From a bacterium (GTDB lineage: Bacteria; Krumholzibacteriota; Krumholzibacteriia; G020349025), in the NCBI GenBank assembly GCA_031362565.1, contig JANLSU010000014.1:1-64000 (forward strand): a stretch of DNA of 64,000 nt, in the 5' to 3' direction. Positions 38,356 through 48,767 of this stretch are shown here, one piece after another (the stretch's first letter is position 1; every line of letters begins with the position of its first letter). Made by a program: the position numbers and the translations under genes. The notes below the pieces were generated by a model. That model searched no databases. It was not told where the DNA came from and saw only the letters and a program-made list of their open reading frames with translations.

Positions 38356-40881
38356 ATGCAGAGAGCCCGCGCCTTGTTCGCCCTCCTCGTGGTGTCGGCC
38401 GGCCTTGGCGCCGACCCGGTCCGCGCCGTGCCACCACGTCCGGGGCTTGCCGGCAAACCTTCGATGCACATCGAGTTGAACGCGGCACTTCGCCAAGGAC
38501 TCGATGAGCCGGCGGCGCTCCGGGCGCGCCTGCCTGAACGCGTTCTGGTGTTGCTCGTCGACTTTGCGGATCGCCCGCACGCCACGAATCTGACGCCGGC
38601 CGCGATCGACTCCATGTTCTTTGGGCGGCTCGACCCCAGCTTGCGGCGGTTCTACGAAAACTCGTCGTTTGGGCGGCTGCATTTGACGGGCACGGTGACG
38701 CCCTGGCTGCGACTTCCCGAGTCCTACGCCTTCTATGCCGACGCGGCGCGGTCGGGCGCCGGGGTCCGCGGCGCCTATCCGCGCAATGCCCGGCGCATGG
38801 TCGAAGATGCGCTCCGCAGCGCCGATCAGTGGGTCGATTTCCGGGCTTTCGACACCGATGGCCCGGATGGAATGCCGGCGAGCGGCGATGACGACGGCCT
38901 CGTCGACGCGCTCGTGGTCGTGCATGCGGGCGACGGCGCCGAGTACGGCGACGCGCGGCAGATTCTGTCCCACAACTGGTTCACGACGGCGCCGGTGGAA
39001 ACCGCCGAGCACATTCGCGCTTGGCGCTACGCAACCGTCGCAGAAACGTCACCGATCGGTGTCGTGGCGCACGAGTTCGGCCATCAATTGGGTTTACGCG
39101 ATCTGTACGACCGGCGGAGCACGACCGGCCTCGGCGGCGGACTCGGCGACTGGTCGCTCATGGCCTCGGGCCCGTGGCTCGATGACGGGCAAACACCTGC
39201 CGACCTGGATGCGGCGAGCAAAGTCGAACTGGGATTCGTCGATGCCGTCGCGCCCGCGGATAACGGCTCGTTCGCTCTCGGTGCCCGAGCGCCCGGGCGT
39301 CTGCCGGATGTGTATCGGGTGTGGACGCATGGCGTCGCCGCCAACGAATTCCTGGTCATCGAAAACCGCCAGCCGAGCGGCCAAGATGCGTTCCTGCCGG
39401 GCGGCGGCATGCTCGTCTACCACGTCGACTTGCGGCAGCCCAACAACGACGATGACGTCCGGCCGCGTGTCGAGCTCCTGCAAGCCGACGGCCGCACCGA
39501 CATCGAGAACCGCATCAACAACGGCGACGCAGGCGATCCTTTTCCGGGCACCCGAACCGAGATCGGCCCCGGCACTTCACCCAGCACGCGAGCTCGTGAC
39601 GGCAGCGACTCGCAAGTGCGCATCTTCGCGATTAGCGCCCCGACGCCGAACCAAACGTTTGGGCTCGAAGTCGAATCGGAGCCCGAGATCGTGGTCGAGT
39701 CGAGTGCACTCGTTGAAGTGCGCGGTGACGGCAACGGCGCGGTCGACCCGGCGGAGGACTTCCGTCTCGTGGTGCGCCTGCGCAACGATGGCGTCGCGCA
39801 GGCACCGGCACTGCTGCGTGTGCAGGCGCACCCGTACTTCGATGTCAATTGGGGGGCGGACACCGTTCCGTTGCCCGCACTCGCAACGCACGATACCGCC
39901 CGGGCGGTTTTCTTCGGCACGGTTCGCGCCTTTCCTTTGACACCGTACGGGCTCGATCTAAGACTCACGACGCCGGGCGGCGCGTGGCGCGACAGCGTGT
40001 CGATCGTCGCGGTCGTCGGTGCGGGGGATGGCTTTCAGGCGTGCTTCAAACCCCAGGCGTCGAGCCTGACGCGCGACTGTCACGATCCGGCGGCGTCCTG
40101 GGACGTGGTCCAGATCGGCGGCGCCGGCACATGGACAGCGGCGACGCGGACGGGCGAGTTCGGCTGGGTCTTTCGCAGCGCCGACGGCGCGCGCTACGCG
40201 AACAACGCCGACGCGGCGCTTGTCTCGCCGCCTTTTCGTCTCGCGGCGGGCAGCGAGCTGCGCCTTCTGCATGCTTTCGACACCGAGGATGTGGCGGCTG
40301 GGTTTTGCGCCGACGGCGGCCGTGTCGAACTGTCGATCGATGCGGGCCCGTGGACGCCGATCACGCCCGCGGGCGGCTATCCGCGCCGCATGTGGCTCGA
40401 GAGTGTCGCGGCTTGGGCCGATCAAGGCGTGTTCGGGGGCGCGAGTCCGCGGCGTTGGGACAGCTTCGATCTCGGCGCGCAAACCGGCATTGCGGCGCTG
40501 CGGTTTCACTTCGCGAGCGGTGATTCGATCGGCGGCGCGGGGTGGGAAATCGCCCGCGTCGAAGTCGGACCCCGACGAGAGACGTTGCGTCCACGACTCG
40601 AAATCGTCGCCGAACCCAATCCCGTGCGCTTTCCGACCCGTATCGCATTCCGCATCAATGCTCGCTTGACCTGGGCGGCGCGTCCCACCACCCTGATGGT
40701 GTTCGATGTGCGCGGCCGGCGCATCCGCACGCTGCAGCATGCGCCGGTGCCGGCCGAAAGCGGCTTCGCCGTCTGGGATGGTACGGATTCTGCCGGGCAC
40801 GCCGTCGCATCGGGGCTGTACGTCGTTTGTCTGGATTGGGGCGGGTTGCGCGCCACGCACAAACTGGTGGTGGCGCGCTGA
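38356..40881 (+). CDS. M6 (immune inhibitor A) family metalloprotease with FlgD/T9SS-like C-terminal domain
   Basis: VLLVDFAD, VVHAG, GVVAHEFGHQLGLRDLYD, WSLMASG, IENRQ, C-terminal PNP...FDVRGR...WDGTD...SGLY...KLVVAR. Confidence 0.9.
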   Translation: MQRARALFALLVVSAGLGADPVRAVPPRPGLAGKPSMHIELNAALRQGLDEPAALRARLPERVLVLLVDFADRPHATNLTPAAIDSMFFGRLDPSLRRFYENSSFGRLHLTGTVTPWLRLPESYAFYADAARSGAGVRGAYPRNARRMVEDALRSADQWVDFRAFDTDGPDGMPASGDDDGLVDALVVVHAGDGAEYGDARQILSHNWFTTAPVETAEHIRAWRYATVAETSPIGVVAHEFGHQLGLRDLYDRRSTTGLGGGLGDWSLMASGPWLDDGQTPADLDAASKVELGFVDAVAPADNGSFALGARAPGRLPDVYRVWTHGVAANEFLVIENRQPSGQDAFLPGGGMLVYHVDLRQPNNDDDVRPRVELLQADGRTDIENRINNGDAGDPFPGTRTEIGPGTSPSTRARDGSDSQVRIFAISAPTPNQTFGLEVESEPEIVVESSALVEVRGDGNGAVDPAEDFRLVVRLRNDGVAQAPALLRVQAHPYFDVNWGADTVPLPALATHDTARAVFFGTVRAFPLTPYGLDLRLTTPGGAWRDSVSIVAVVGAGDGFQACFKPQASSLTRDCHDPAASWDVVQIGGAGTWTAATRTGEFGWVFRSADGARYANNADAALVSPPFRLAAGSELRLLHAFDTEDVAAGFCADGGRVELSIDAGPWTPITPAGGYPRRMWLESVAAWADQGVFGGASPRRWDSFDLGAQTGIAALRFHFASGDSIGGAGWEIARVEVGPRRETLRPRLEIVAEPNPVRFPTRIAFRINARLTWAARPTTLMVFDVRGRRIRTLQHAPVPAESGFAVWDGTDSAGHAVASGLYVVCLDWGGLRATHKLVVAR

Positions 40882-40895
40882 CGGGGGGACTTCGA

Positions 40896-43217
40896 ATGCA
40901 TGGCTTCGGTCAACGCCGCCGGCTTGGGCTCGTTCTTGGACTGCCATGCATTCTGGTTCTCGGCTCGCGGGTGACCGGTTCGGTTCCCGGCGCCGCGCCA
41001 GCGCTGCAGTGGGTTTTGGAAACCCAAGGCGAAGTGCAACGGTTGGGCGCGCAGTGGCAAGCCGATTCGAGCCAGGCGGGCGACGCTGAAACTCTGCGGG
41101 CGCGCGTTCGCGCCGCCAACCGCCTCGGCCAATTCGCCGCCGCGCTCACGCTGCTCGACAGCGGCGCGAGCCAAATCGATTCCAGCACGGTGGCCTTCGT
41201 GCGCGCCGGGCTCGAGGCGCGGCTCGGGCATCCGGAGGCCTGTCTCGAGCGTCTCGCAAGAACCCGTCCGCCGGCCGGCCTCGAAGCGTGGGCGGCACTG
41301 TTGAACGCCGAAAGCGAAGGCGAGTTGGGGCGCTGGGAAGCGGCCCGCGCCGCCGCCGTGGTGCCCAACGATGCGCCAGTGCCGCCGGAAGTATCGCAGC
41401 GCCTGTTACTCGTGCGTGCCCGCGGCGCTCAAGCGGCGCACGATCTCCCGGCGCTCCGCCGGATGGCTCCGGAACTCGGCGATGCCGCGCGCCGCAACGA
41501 TCGCACCGGTTTGTTGCTGGCCGGGTTGGCGCGCGAGACGGCGCGCGCCGGTGAACTCCTGCAAGCCCGCGATTGGTGGCTCGACCTGCTCGAAGCGCGG
41601 CCGACACCGGCCGAGTCGGCGTACGTGGAACTCGAACTTCGGCCGAAACTCGTCACGGCACCGGATGTCGTGCTGCGCATCGCGCGCTTCGAAATGCGCC
41701 GCGGCCGGCACACCGCGGCGCGTCTGCGCCTGCGCACCGCGATCTTGGGCGGCCTGCCGGCGCCCGAGCGCGCCACGGCACGGCTGTTGATCGCCGAGTC
41801 GTTCCTGCGTTCCGGCGATGCAGCGGGGTGCTTGAAAGCCTGTGAACGCGCCGCGCGCTCGACCCATGGCACGCCGGTGGAAGCCGAACGGTTGCGCTTG
41901 GAGGCCCGGGCGTTGAAGCGCGTCGGTCGTGTTGCCGAGGCGCTCACCACCTACAAGCAGCTCGCGGCGCGCTTCCCGCGCCACGACAAGGCCGATGACG
42001 CACTCTACGAAGTGGGCTGGATCCTGGAGAATCAGCACCGCTTGCGTGAAGCCGAGCGCGCCTATCTGCGCGTCACGCGGGCCTATCCGAATGGTTCACT
42101 CGCCGATGATGCACGCTTGCGCGCCGGGTTGTGCGCGCTGCGCGACCATCGTCCGGCCGAAGCGGCGGAACATCTGTCGCATCTGGTGGCGCGCAACGGC
42201 CGCTCGACGTTGGTCGACAACGCGCTCTACTGGCAAATGCTGGCGCAGATTCGGCTCGGCGACGCCTCCGGCGCGCTCGTGCTGCGCGACCGCCTCGAAC
42301 GCGATTTCCCGCGCTCTTACTTCACCGTGTTGGCCCGGCATCGCATCGAGCAAGGGCTCGTGCCGCCGCTCGGACAAGCCCCGGAAGGCGCCACGCCAGC
42401 GCTCGCGACGACCGGCGATGCCGGCCTCGAACGGGCGGGGCGCGTGACCGCCGCCTACGACAGCGCGATCGCCACCGTGCAGCAGACCCTCGGACTCCGG
42501 GTGCCCGAGGGCTTCGACAACGACGCGCGCGCCTGGCATCTGTTGCTCGACTGGGGATTCGATGCCGAGGCAAGTTGGGAAACACGCCGGCTCGAACGCC
42601 GCTGGGATGGCGATGCCGGCGCTTTGATCGAACTCATCGCCAACTGTCACGCCCACGGCGCCCACGAACGCCTGGTGCGCTTGGCGTACGTGCTCGGACA
42701 AAAGATCAACGACCCGCGGCTCGGCGATGCCCTCGAAGTCTTGTTGTATCCGGCGCCCTACACGCCGTCGCTCGCCGCGGCGTGCCAACGCCATGGCCTG
42801 TCGCATGCCATCATGCTCGGCCTGATGCGCCAGGAGAGTGCGTTCGATCCCCGCATCGACTCAGGCGCCGGCGCCCGCGGCCTCATGCAACTCATGCCCG
42901 AAGTCGGACGGCGCCTTGCCGCCCAGGCCGGCGATGCCGATTTCCATGCCGACCGGCTGTACGACCCGCAGACCAACATCGAACTCGGGTCGGTGCTCTT
43001 CGCGGCCGAATTGCAGCGCGCCGGTGGTGACGTGCCGCAAGCGCTCGCGGCCTACAATGCCGGCGCCGACGTGGCCGCACTGTGGGCGACGCGGCTCGGG
43101 CGTGGCGACGGACGTGACATGTACCTCGAGCTGGCGGAGTACTCCGAGACGCGCACCTATCTCGAAACGGTGTTGGGGAACGCCGAGACGTACCGGCGGC
43201 TGTATGCGCTGCCGTGA
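40896..43217 (+). CDS. TPR-containing soluble lytic murein transglycosylase (Slt70-like)
   Basis: TPR/BamD-like repeats, MRQESAF, SGAGARGLMQLMP, ALAAYNAG, ETRTY. Confidence 0.9.
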   Translation: MHGFGQRRRLGLVLGLPCILVLGSRVTGSVPGAAPALQWVLETQGEVQRLGAQWQADSSQAGDAETLRARVRAANRLGQFAAALTLLDSGASQIDSSTVAFVRAGLEARLGHPEACLERLARTRPPAGLEAWAALLNAESEGELGRWEAARAAAVVPNDAPVPPEVSQRLLLVRARGAQAAHDLPALRRMAPELGDAARRNDRTGLLLAGLARETARAGELLQARDWWLDLLEARPTPAESAYVELELRPKLVTAPDVVLRIARFEMRRGRHTAARLRLRTAILGGLPAPERATARLLIAESFLRSGDAAGCLKACERAARSTHGTPVEAERLRLEARALKRVGRVAEALTTYKQLAARFPRHDKADDALYEVGWILENQHRLREAERAYLRVTRAYPNGSLADDARLRAGLCALRDHRPAEAAEHLSHLVARNGRSTLVDNALYWQMLAQIRLGDASGALVLRDRLERDFPRSYFTVLARHRIEQGLVPPLGQAPEGATPALATTGDAGLERAGRVTAAYDSAIATVQQTLGLRVPEGFDNDARAWHLLLDWGFDAEASWETRRLERRWDGDAGALIELIANCHAHGAHERLVRLAYVLGQKINDPRLGDALEVLLYPAPYTPSLAAACQRHGLSHAIMLGLMRQESAFDPRIDSGAGARGLMQLMPEVGRRLAAQAGDADFHADRLYDPQTNIELGSVLFAAELQRAGGDVPQALAAYNAGADVAALWATRLGRGDGRDMYLELAEYSETRTYLETVLGNAETYRRLYALP

Positions 43218-44562
43218 CGGGCTCACCGCCGCGCTCCTGTGCGGCGTCGCGGCTCTCACCGCGGCCGAGGCCCGGGCCCAGGCGCCCACGACCACCCTCA
43301 TCTATCCGCCCTGGTCGCATTGTTACGGGATGCACCGCGTCAATCAAACCCATCTGACGCTGCGCGCCGGGTTCAAGTATCACTTCGACGACCCACAGGG
43401 GGTGGCGGCGCTCAAATTGGCGGCGGAAGACGACCCGGCAAGTAGCCGCGATGACGACGAACTCACGGTCTTCGGCGTCAACTCGGGCCAGCACATGCTC
43501 ATCTTCAACACCTCGATTACGACGATCGCTTTTTACGGGCGCGAGGGCAGTGGGGTCGGCCAATTCCGGCACCCGCACGGGGTCGCGGCGGACCGCGCCG
43601 GCCATGTGATCGTCGCCGACACCGGCAATGACCGGCTGCACGTCCTGCAATATGAAAACGACGCGTTGCACCATGGGCGCTTCATCGCCGGATCCTTCAA
43701 CGGCCGGCGGCTGCGCGGGCCGACCGGCGTGGCGCTCGAGGCCGGCGAGATCTACGTCTGCGATCCGGGTGAGAACCGGATTCTCGTTCTCGACTTGGAA
43801 GGCAATTTGCGGCGCGAGCTGCGGCCCGAACGGCAGGGGACGGCGCTGCTCCAAGATCCGTTCGCGATCGCCGTCATCCGCGCCGACGCCACCATGAACT
43901 TCTTCGGTGAAGACTTCATCGTCGTCACCGATTCCATGCTGTCGCGGGTGTGGAAGCTCGATCAGCGCGGTGAACCCTTTGCGGTGCAGCGGATTCGCGA
44001 TGTGACCCCGGGCGGCGGCGAGTTCTATTATCCAGCGATCGACTATTACGCCAACGTCTATTGCTCCGACCGCGGCGGCCGCTTGCACAAGTTCGACCGC
44101 AATTTGCGTTTCTTGCTCGACATCGGGCGGCCGGGAAAAAGCGACTTCGAGTTCGACGAACCGCGCGGCCTGGGATTGTACCGGCGGTTCGGCCAGATGT
44201 TCATCGCCGAGCGCGAGGGCGCCCAGTACATGTGGATCGGGACCGATGTCTTCACGCCGTCGATGAGCGACGTGCGTTCGATCGCCGCCAATCGCTGGCG
44301 CGGCACGGTGCGCTATTTTCTCACCGAGTACGCGACCGTGCAGCTCGATCTGGCCGACGCTGCCGGGAATGCCCGCGTGGCGCTGCAACCGCCGGTGTGG
44401 ACCGGGCCGGGGCCGATCGAGAAATCCGTCGAGTTCGCGGCTCCGGACCCTGCCGGCTGGCGGTTGCGCGTCGAAGCCGTGCCGACGTATTCGTCCCGCA
44501 AGACGTTGCGCGTCGAGAAAATGTCCCAGCCGATCCGCACGGTGCGCGGCCAGACGCCGTGA
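43204..44562 (+). CDS. Secreted NHL-repeat beta-propeller protein
   Basis: Signal peptide (AEARA-Q), GQFRHPHGVA...IVADTGNDR, GPTGVA...YVCD, EFDEPRG. Confidence 0.8.
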   Translation: MRCRDGLTAALLCGVAALTAAEARAQAPTTTLIYPPWSHCYGMHRVNQTHLTLRAGFKYHFDDPQGVAALKLAAEDDPASSRDDDELTVFGVNSGQHMLIFNTSITTIAFYGREGSGVGQFRHPHGVAADRAGHVIVADTGNDRLHVLQYENDALHHGRFIAGSFNGRRLRGPTGVALEAGEIYVCDPGENRILVLDLEGNLRRELRPERQGTALLQDPFAIAVIRADATMNFFGEDFIVVTDSMLSRVWKLDQRGEPFAVQRIRDVTPGGGEFYYPAIDYYANVYCSDRGGRLHKFDRNLRFLLDIGRPGKSDFEFDEPRGLGLYRRFGQMFIAEREGAQYMWIGTDVFTPSMSDVRSIAANRWRGTVRYFLTEYATVQLDLADAAGNARVALQPPVWTGPGPIEKSVEFAAPDPAGWRLRVEAVPTYSSRKTLRVEKMSQPIRTVRGQTP

Positions 44563-45131
44563 CGGCAACGTGGCGGCAGGAAGCGGGACGCAAGTCCGTC
44601 CACCTGTCGATGGCGGCGCTGCCCGCCTGGATTTACTGGGCGCCGCCGCCGTGGACCGTGCGTGGCCCCGTCCTTGCATTTCTCGTCATCCTGGCGATCG
44701 ACGTGTTGCGTCTTGGCTCGGCACGGGCCGGCGGGTTCTTCGCACCGCGGATCGGTGCGTACCTGCGTCCCGACGAGCAGCACGGACTCATTCGCGTCCA
44801 CGCGCTGACCGCAGCAGCAGCGTTGCTGGCCTGGGTAGCGCCGCCGGCAATCGCCGCCGTCGCGGTTGCCGACGTGGTGTTTGGTGACGCGGCCGCGGCA
44901 CTCGTCGGACGCCGTTTCGGACGGCACCGGATGGGGCGCAAGAGTGTCGAAGGCAGCGCGGCGTGCTTTTGCACCTGCTTCGCCGTCGCCGCCCTGGCGT
45001 TCCCGGAGCGGCTCGGCGCCGCGGCCGGCAGTGCCCTGGTGGCGGCCGTGGTGGAAGCGTTGCCGCTGCCGGTCGACGACAATTGGACGATGCCGCTTGC
45101 CGCGGCCGGCGCACTGGCGCTGCTTCTCTGA
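44559..45131 (+). CDS. Dolichol/phytol kinase (CTP-dependent, cytidylyltransferase superfamily) membrane protein
   Basis: RKSVHL, FGDAAAALVGRRFG...KSVEGS, VEAL..DDNW.MP. Confidence 0.82.
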   Translation: MTATWRQEAGRKSVHLSMAALPAWIYWAPPPWTVRGPVLAFLVILAIDVLRLGSARAGGFFAPRIGAYLRPDEQHGLIRVHALTAAAALLAWVAPPAIAAVAVADVVFGDAAAALVGRRFGRHRMGRKSVEGSAACFCTCFAVAALAFPERLGAAAGSALVAAVVEALPLPVDDNWTMPLAAAGALALLL

Positions 45132-45141
45132 GGAGAATCTC

Positions 45142-46086
45142 GTGTTTCTGCGCCGAGTTCTGCGTTTCGTACCGCGTAGTGTCGCGGGCCGCGCCCTCGC
45201 CGCGTACGGACGCGGCGATTTCGAAGCCGCGTCGCAGCTCTTCGACGAAATCCTCGCTGCGACCCCCGAGCCGCCGGCCGACTTGGTGCTCTGTGCGTGC
45301 GAGTGCGCCCTCGAAATCGCCACCCGGCGCGACGCCGCCGGCGATCCGGCCGGCGCGATCCGCGCCCTCGAACGCGCCATCGCCCTGCAGCCGCGGTTCG
45401 CCGATGTGCAACTGCGCCTCGGACGGCTCTGTGAACGCCAGGATCAACTGCACCGGGCCCGCGAGGCGTATCAGCGCGCCCTCGAAGTCAATCCGCGTTA
45501 CTTCGAAGCGCGCCTCAGCCTGGCGCGCTTGCTCATGCAACTCGAAGACCGCACCGGGGCGCTCGTTCAGCTCCACGAAGCGGCGCGCAGCGGGCCCGAG
45601 GCTGCCGCCAACGACTTGCGGCGCATCCTCCACGACCTGCCCGGCACCGATACCGGCTCGCCGACCGTGCGCCCGCGCTTGGTCGCCAAGATCGACGAAT
45701 TGCTGGCCGGCCCCCAGTCGCCGGTGGCGGCGGCAGTCGAGCGCGCCCGCAATTTGTTGCGCTCGGGCGACAACGTCGCCGCGATTCACGAACTGAAAAC
45801 ACTCCTCGCCGCCCACCCGGAGTTTCCCGATCTGCACAACTTGCTTGGCATCGCCTACGACAACGAAGAAATGACCGACGACGCGATCGAGGAATTCGAA
45901 CATGCGCTGCGCATCAACGCCGCGTATCACGACGCGCGCCTCAATTTGGGCCTCGCGTTGGTCGAACGCGGCCGCGATGCCGAAGCGGAGCGCCAGTTGC
46001 GTGCGGTCGCCAACGCGCCCACCGGCAGCCAAGTCGCACGCGATGTTCTCGCCCAAATTGCCGCGCGGAGTGCCGCCGCACACTGA
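45142..46086 (+). CDS. Tetratricopeptide repeat protein
   Basis: AIRALERAIALQPRFADV, YQRALEVNPRYFEAR, AIEEFEHALRINAAYHDARLNLG. Confidence 0.88.
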   Translation: MFLRRVLRFVPRSVAGRALAAYGRGDFEAASQLFDEILAATPEPPADLVLCACECALEIATRRDAAGDPAGAIRALERAIALQPRFADVQLRLGRLCERQDQLHRAREAYQRALEVNPRYFEARLSLARLLMQLEDRTGALVQLHEAARSGPEAAANDLRRILHDLPGTDTGSPTVRPRLVAKIDELLAGPQSPVAAAVERARNLLRSGDNVAAIHELKTLLAAHPEFPDLHNLLGIAYDNEEMTDDAIEEFEHALRINAAYHDARLNLGLALVERGRDAEAERQLRAVANAPTGSQVARDVLAQIAARSAAAH

Positions 46087-46324
46087 CACGGTAGCGAACT
46101 GGTGCATTGCATCGATTGCCGAATTCGTCCACACACTTCGATATCGCGGGTCTGGATTCCACGCACGCGTGACTGGAACACGTCTGCGTGCGGGTGCGCG
46201 TTGTCCGTGCGACAAAACTCTTGTGTCCAGTCGTTGCGGCGCGTTAAGAACGGAACGTGATTGGTGTCGGCGCACCTTGGCGCCGTGGGTTGTTGGGGAT
46301 CGAAGTCGGGGTGGGGTGGTGCGA

Positions 46325-48226
46325 GTGTTGAATCTGTTCCGTCTCCGTGTCGAAGCTGGTGAGTCACAGCCGGATCGCTTGACTTTCGTGGATGATGGCG
46401 GGCCCGAGCGCGAATCGAGCCTGGCCGTTCTGGTGCAGTGGCGCGATGCGTCGCTGCAAAAGTCGCTCGAAGCGGTTTTTGACGAATTCGTGCGCGAGTA
46501 TCGTGAATCGACCGCGATCGTATCACCCGGTTCTTTCCTCGAGAGATTGGTGCATTCCCTCGACGCTGCATTCGGTACGCTCGAACCCGAAGCGCTGGAT
46601 GCAATGGACGTGGCGGTGGCGCTGTGCTGCGGCCGCGGTTTGTATCTGTTGCATTCGACCGGTTTCGAGCCGCGTTGCGCGCTCGACGGCAGCCCCCAGC
46701 CGCTGGTTTCTTCGATGCGCGTCCGCGTCAAGGATCTGTCGCCGGCCACCATGCGCAGCGGCCACCTGTGGAGCGAGGCGCTCGTCGAACGCCTCAAGCT
46801 CGTGCGCGTCTTCTTCGAGGACGACGACCGCGCGACACTGTGGCTCGCGCCCGCCGATACGGCGCTCGACACCGACCCGTTCGGTGCCGATCCCGACCAC
46901 GAGCCGCGACTCGTCGTCGACAAGCAGCCCGCCGCCGAAGGCGAACTGGTCGGTGCGGCGATCGACAGCACGTGGCCGGATCTCGACGAGGGCGTACGGC
47001 GGGATCGCAGCACGCTCTCTTATGTGGCGCTCGGCCTCGTCGTGCTCTTTTTCGGCGGCGCCCTCTTCGGCATGTGGCGCTGGCAGCATGCCGGGCGCTC
47101 GAATCCGCGTGGGGCGGAGAGCCTGTATTCGGAAGCGGTCGATGGCACTGTCACACCGCGCACCGACAATGCGCGCGTCTCTTCGGAAGTCATCGACGGC
47201 GAACACGGCCGGACGGATGGCGATGCCCAGGCGGCGCACGCCGATGTTCCCAAGGGTGCGCTGAGCGTCCTGTGGTCCAAGCATCACTCGGATTGGGTGA
47301 CCTCCTCACCGCGCGAGGCGGGCGACGATCGCGTCGTGTACGGCTGCCGCGACGGCCACCTGTACGCCGTCGACCACGACGGTGAAATCAAGTGGGACTA
47401 CGACTCCGGTGCGGGCATTGGTGCGACGCCGGCGGTCGACGACGGCAAGGTGTTCTGCGGCAACTACGGCGGCCGCGCCTTCGCGGTCCGCGACAAGGAC
47501 GGCAAGGAAGCCTGGAGCGTCGAACTGGGTTCGCGTCTCGTGGCCAGCCCGACGGTCGGTAAGAAGCTGGTGTTCTTCGCGACGCAAGCCGGCGAGATCG
47601 TGGCGTTGAAGAAGAAGGATGGCAAGTTGGAGTGGCGTCACGAGGCGGGCGGCAAGTTGCGTGCAACACCGCTGGCGGCGGACGATAATCTCTTCGTCCC
47701 GGCCGGCGACGGCGCGCTGCTATGTTTCAAGCAGTCCTCCGGTGAAGTGCGCTGGACGTATGACGCGGGCGCCCTCGTGACCTCGAGTCCGTTGCTCGCC
47801 GACGGGCGTCTGGTGTTCGGGTGCAAGAATGGCACCGTGCACGCGATTGCGGTCAAGGACGGCGCCGTGCTGTGGCAAGTGCGGACCAAGGGCGCCGTGC
47901 AAGCGACGCCTGCCGAAGGCAACGATCTCGTGTTCATCGCGAGCACCGACCGCCGCGTCTACGCCGTACGCGCCAAGACCGGCGACATCGCCTGGTCGTT
48001 CCCGACCAAGGCGACGATTCTCGCCTCGCCGTGCGTGCAGGACGGGCGCGTGTACGTCGCGGCCTACGACCAGAACACCTACGTCCTGGATGGCGCGAGC
48101 GGCCGGCAGATCGCCAAGCTGCACCTCAAGTCGGCCATCTACTCGTCGCCCCTGGTCGTCGCCGGCCGGATCTTCTGCGGCTCGAACGACGGCACGATGT
48201 ACTGCCTGAGCGACGTGCGCAACTGA
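46325..48226 (+). CDS. Membrane-anchored PQQ-like beta-propeller protein with N-terminal cytoplasmic domain
   Basis: TM segment YVALGLVVLFFGGALFGMW, then repeated SSP/ATP...G..DG..YA...G..W blades. Start uncertain (46316-46328). Confidence 0.8.
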   Translation: MLNLFRLRVEAGESQPDRLTFVDDGGPERESSLAVLVQWRDASLQKSLEAVFDEFVREYRESTAIVSPGSFLERLVHSLDAAFGTLEPEALDAMDVAVALCCGRGLYLLHSTGFEPRCALDGSPQPLVSSMRVRVKDLSPATMRSGHLWSEALVERLKLVRVFFEDDDRATLWLAPADTALDTDPFGADPDHEPRLVVDKQPAAEGELVGAAIDSTWPDLDEGVRRDRSTLSYVALGLVVLFFGGALFGMWRWQHAGRSNPRGAESLYSEAVDGTVTPRTDNARVSSEVIDGEHGRTDGDAQAAHADVPKGALSVLWSKHHSDWVTSSPREAGDDRVVYGCRDGHLYAVDHDGEIKWDYDSGAGIGATPAVDDGKVFCGNYGGRAFAVRDKDGKEAWSVELGSRLVASPTVGKKLVFFATQAGEIVALKKKDGKLEWRHEAGGKLRATPLAADDNLFVPAGDGALLCFKQSSGEVRWTYDAGALVTSSPLLADGRLVFGCKNGTVHAIAVKDGAVLWQVRTKGAVQATPAEGNDLVFIASTDRRVYAVRAKTGDIAWSFPTKATILASPCVQDGRVYVAAYDQNTYVLDGASGRQIAKLHLKSAIYSSPLVVAGRIFCGSNDGTMYCLSDVRN

Positions 48227-48233
48227 GGGACGG

Positions 48234-48263
48234 GGCCCGCGGCCGCGCTGGCAGCCGCGGGCC
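48234..48263 (+). terminator. Hairpin downstream of the PQQ gene
   Basis: GGCCCGCGGC-10 nt-GCCGCGGGCC with only a weak U tract. Confidence 0.4.
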
Positions 48264-48269
48264 TCTGCC

Positions 48270-48299
48270 TTGACAGCCGCCGCCAAGCGGTCCTAGCAT
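48270..48299 (+). promoter_or_regulatory. Candidate sigma70 promoter for csp
   Basis: TTGACA-18 bp-TAGCAT. Confidence 0.55.
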
Positions 48300-48349
48300 C
48301 CGCGCGGTTCGAGTCGATGTTTCGTGGGCTTCCACGCACGGGAGGTTCC

Positions 48350-48556
48350 ATGGCGAACGAAATCGGCAAGGTCCGCTGGCTGAGCGAGCGGCTCGGGTAC
48401 GGTTTCATCGAACGCGACGACGGCAGCAGTTACTTCGTGCACTACTCACAGCTGCTCCGCCGCGACCCCAGGCCCCTCCGGGCCGGTGAACAGGTAGAAT
48501 TCGAGGTTCGAGTCGGTACCCGAGGTCCTCAGGCAACCAATGTGGTGCGCGCCTAG
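48350..48556 (+). CDS. Cold-shock domain protein
   Basis: SD GGAGG. GKVRW...GYGFI...YFVHYS...GEQVEFEV..G.RGPQATNV. Confidence 0.92.
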   Translation: MANEIGKVRWLSERLGYGFIERDDGSSYFVHYSQLLRRDPRPLRAGEQVEFEVRVGTRGPQATNVVRA

Positions 48557-48767
48557 GACCTCGTAACGCTTTCGGCCCCACCGGGTTGCACCGGTGACTG
48601 ACGTGCGCCTGCCGCACTCGCCCGGGTAAGTCTTCCCAGGCGAGGGGCAGGCGCCGTAGTTTTGCTACTGTGCCTCCTCCAGGCACGACGGGTCTGGCCG
48701 TTGCACGGTGCGCCCCCGTATGCTTCAACGTCCTCGGCCGACAGGCGCCGGACCCTTGGGAGACGGA

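Noticed and set aside
46087..46324. Intergenic palindrome TTGTC-N5-GACAA (46201-46215) and nearby stems as an ncRNA or operator
   Set aside because: It is a single short occurrence that I did not find repeated elsewhere, so it cannot be distinguished from chance.
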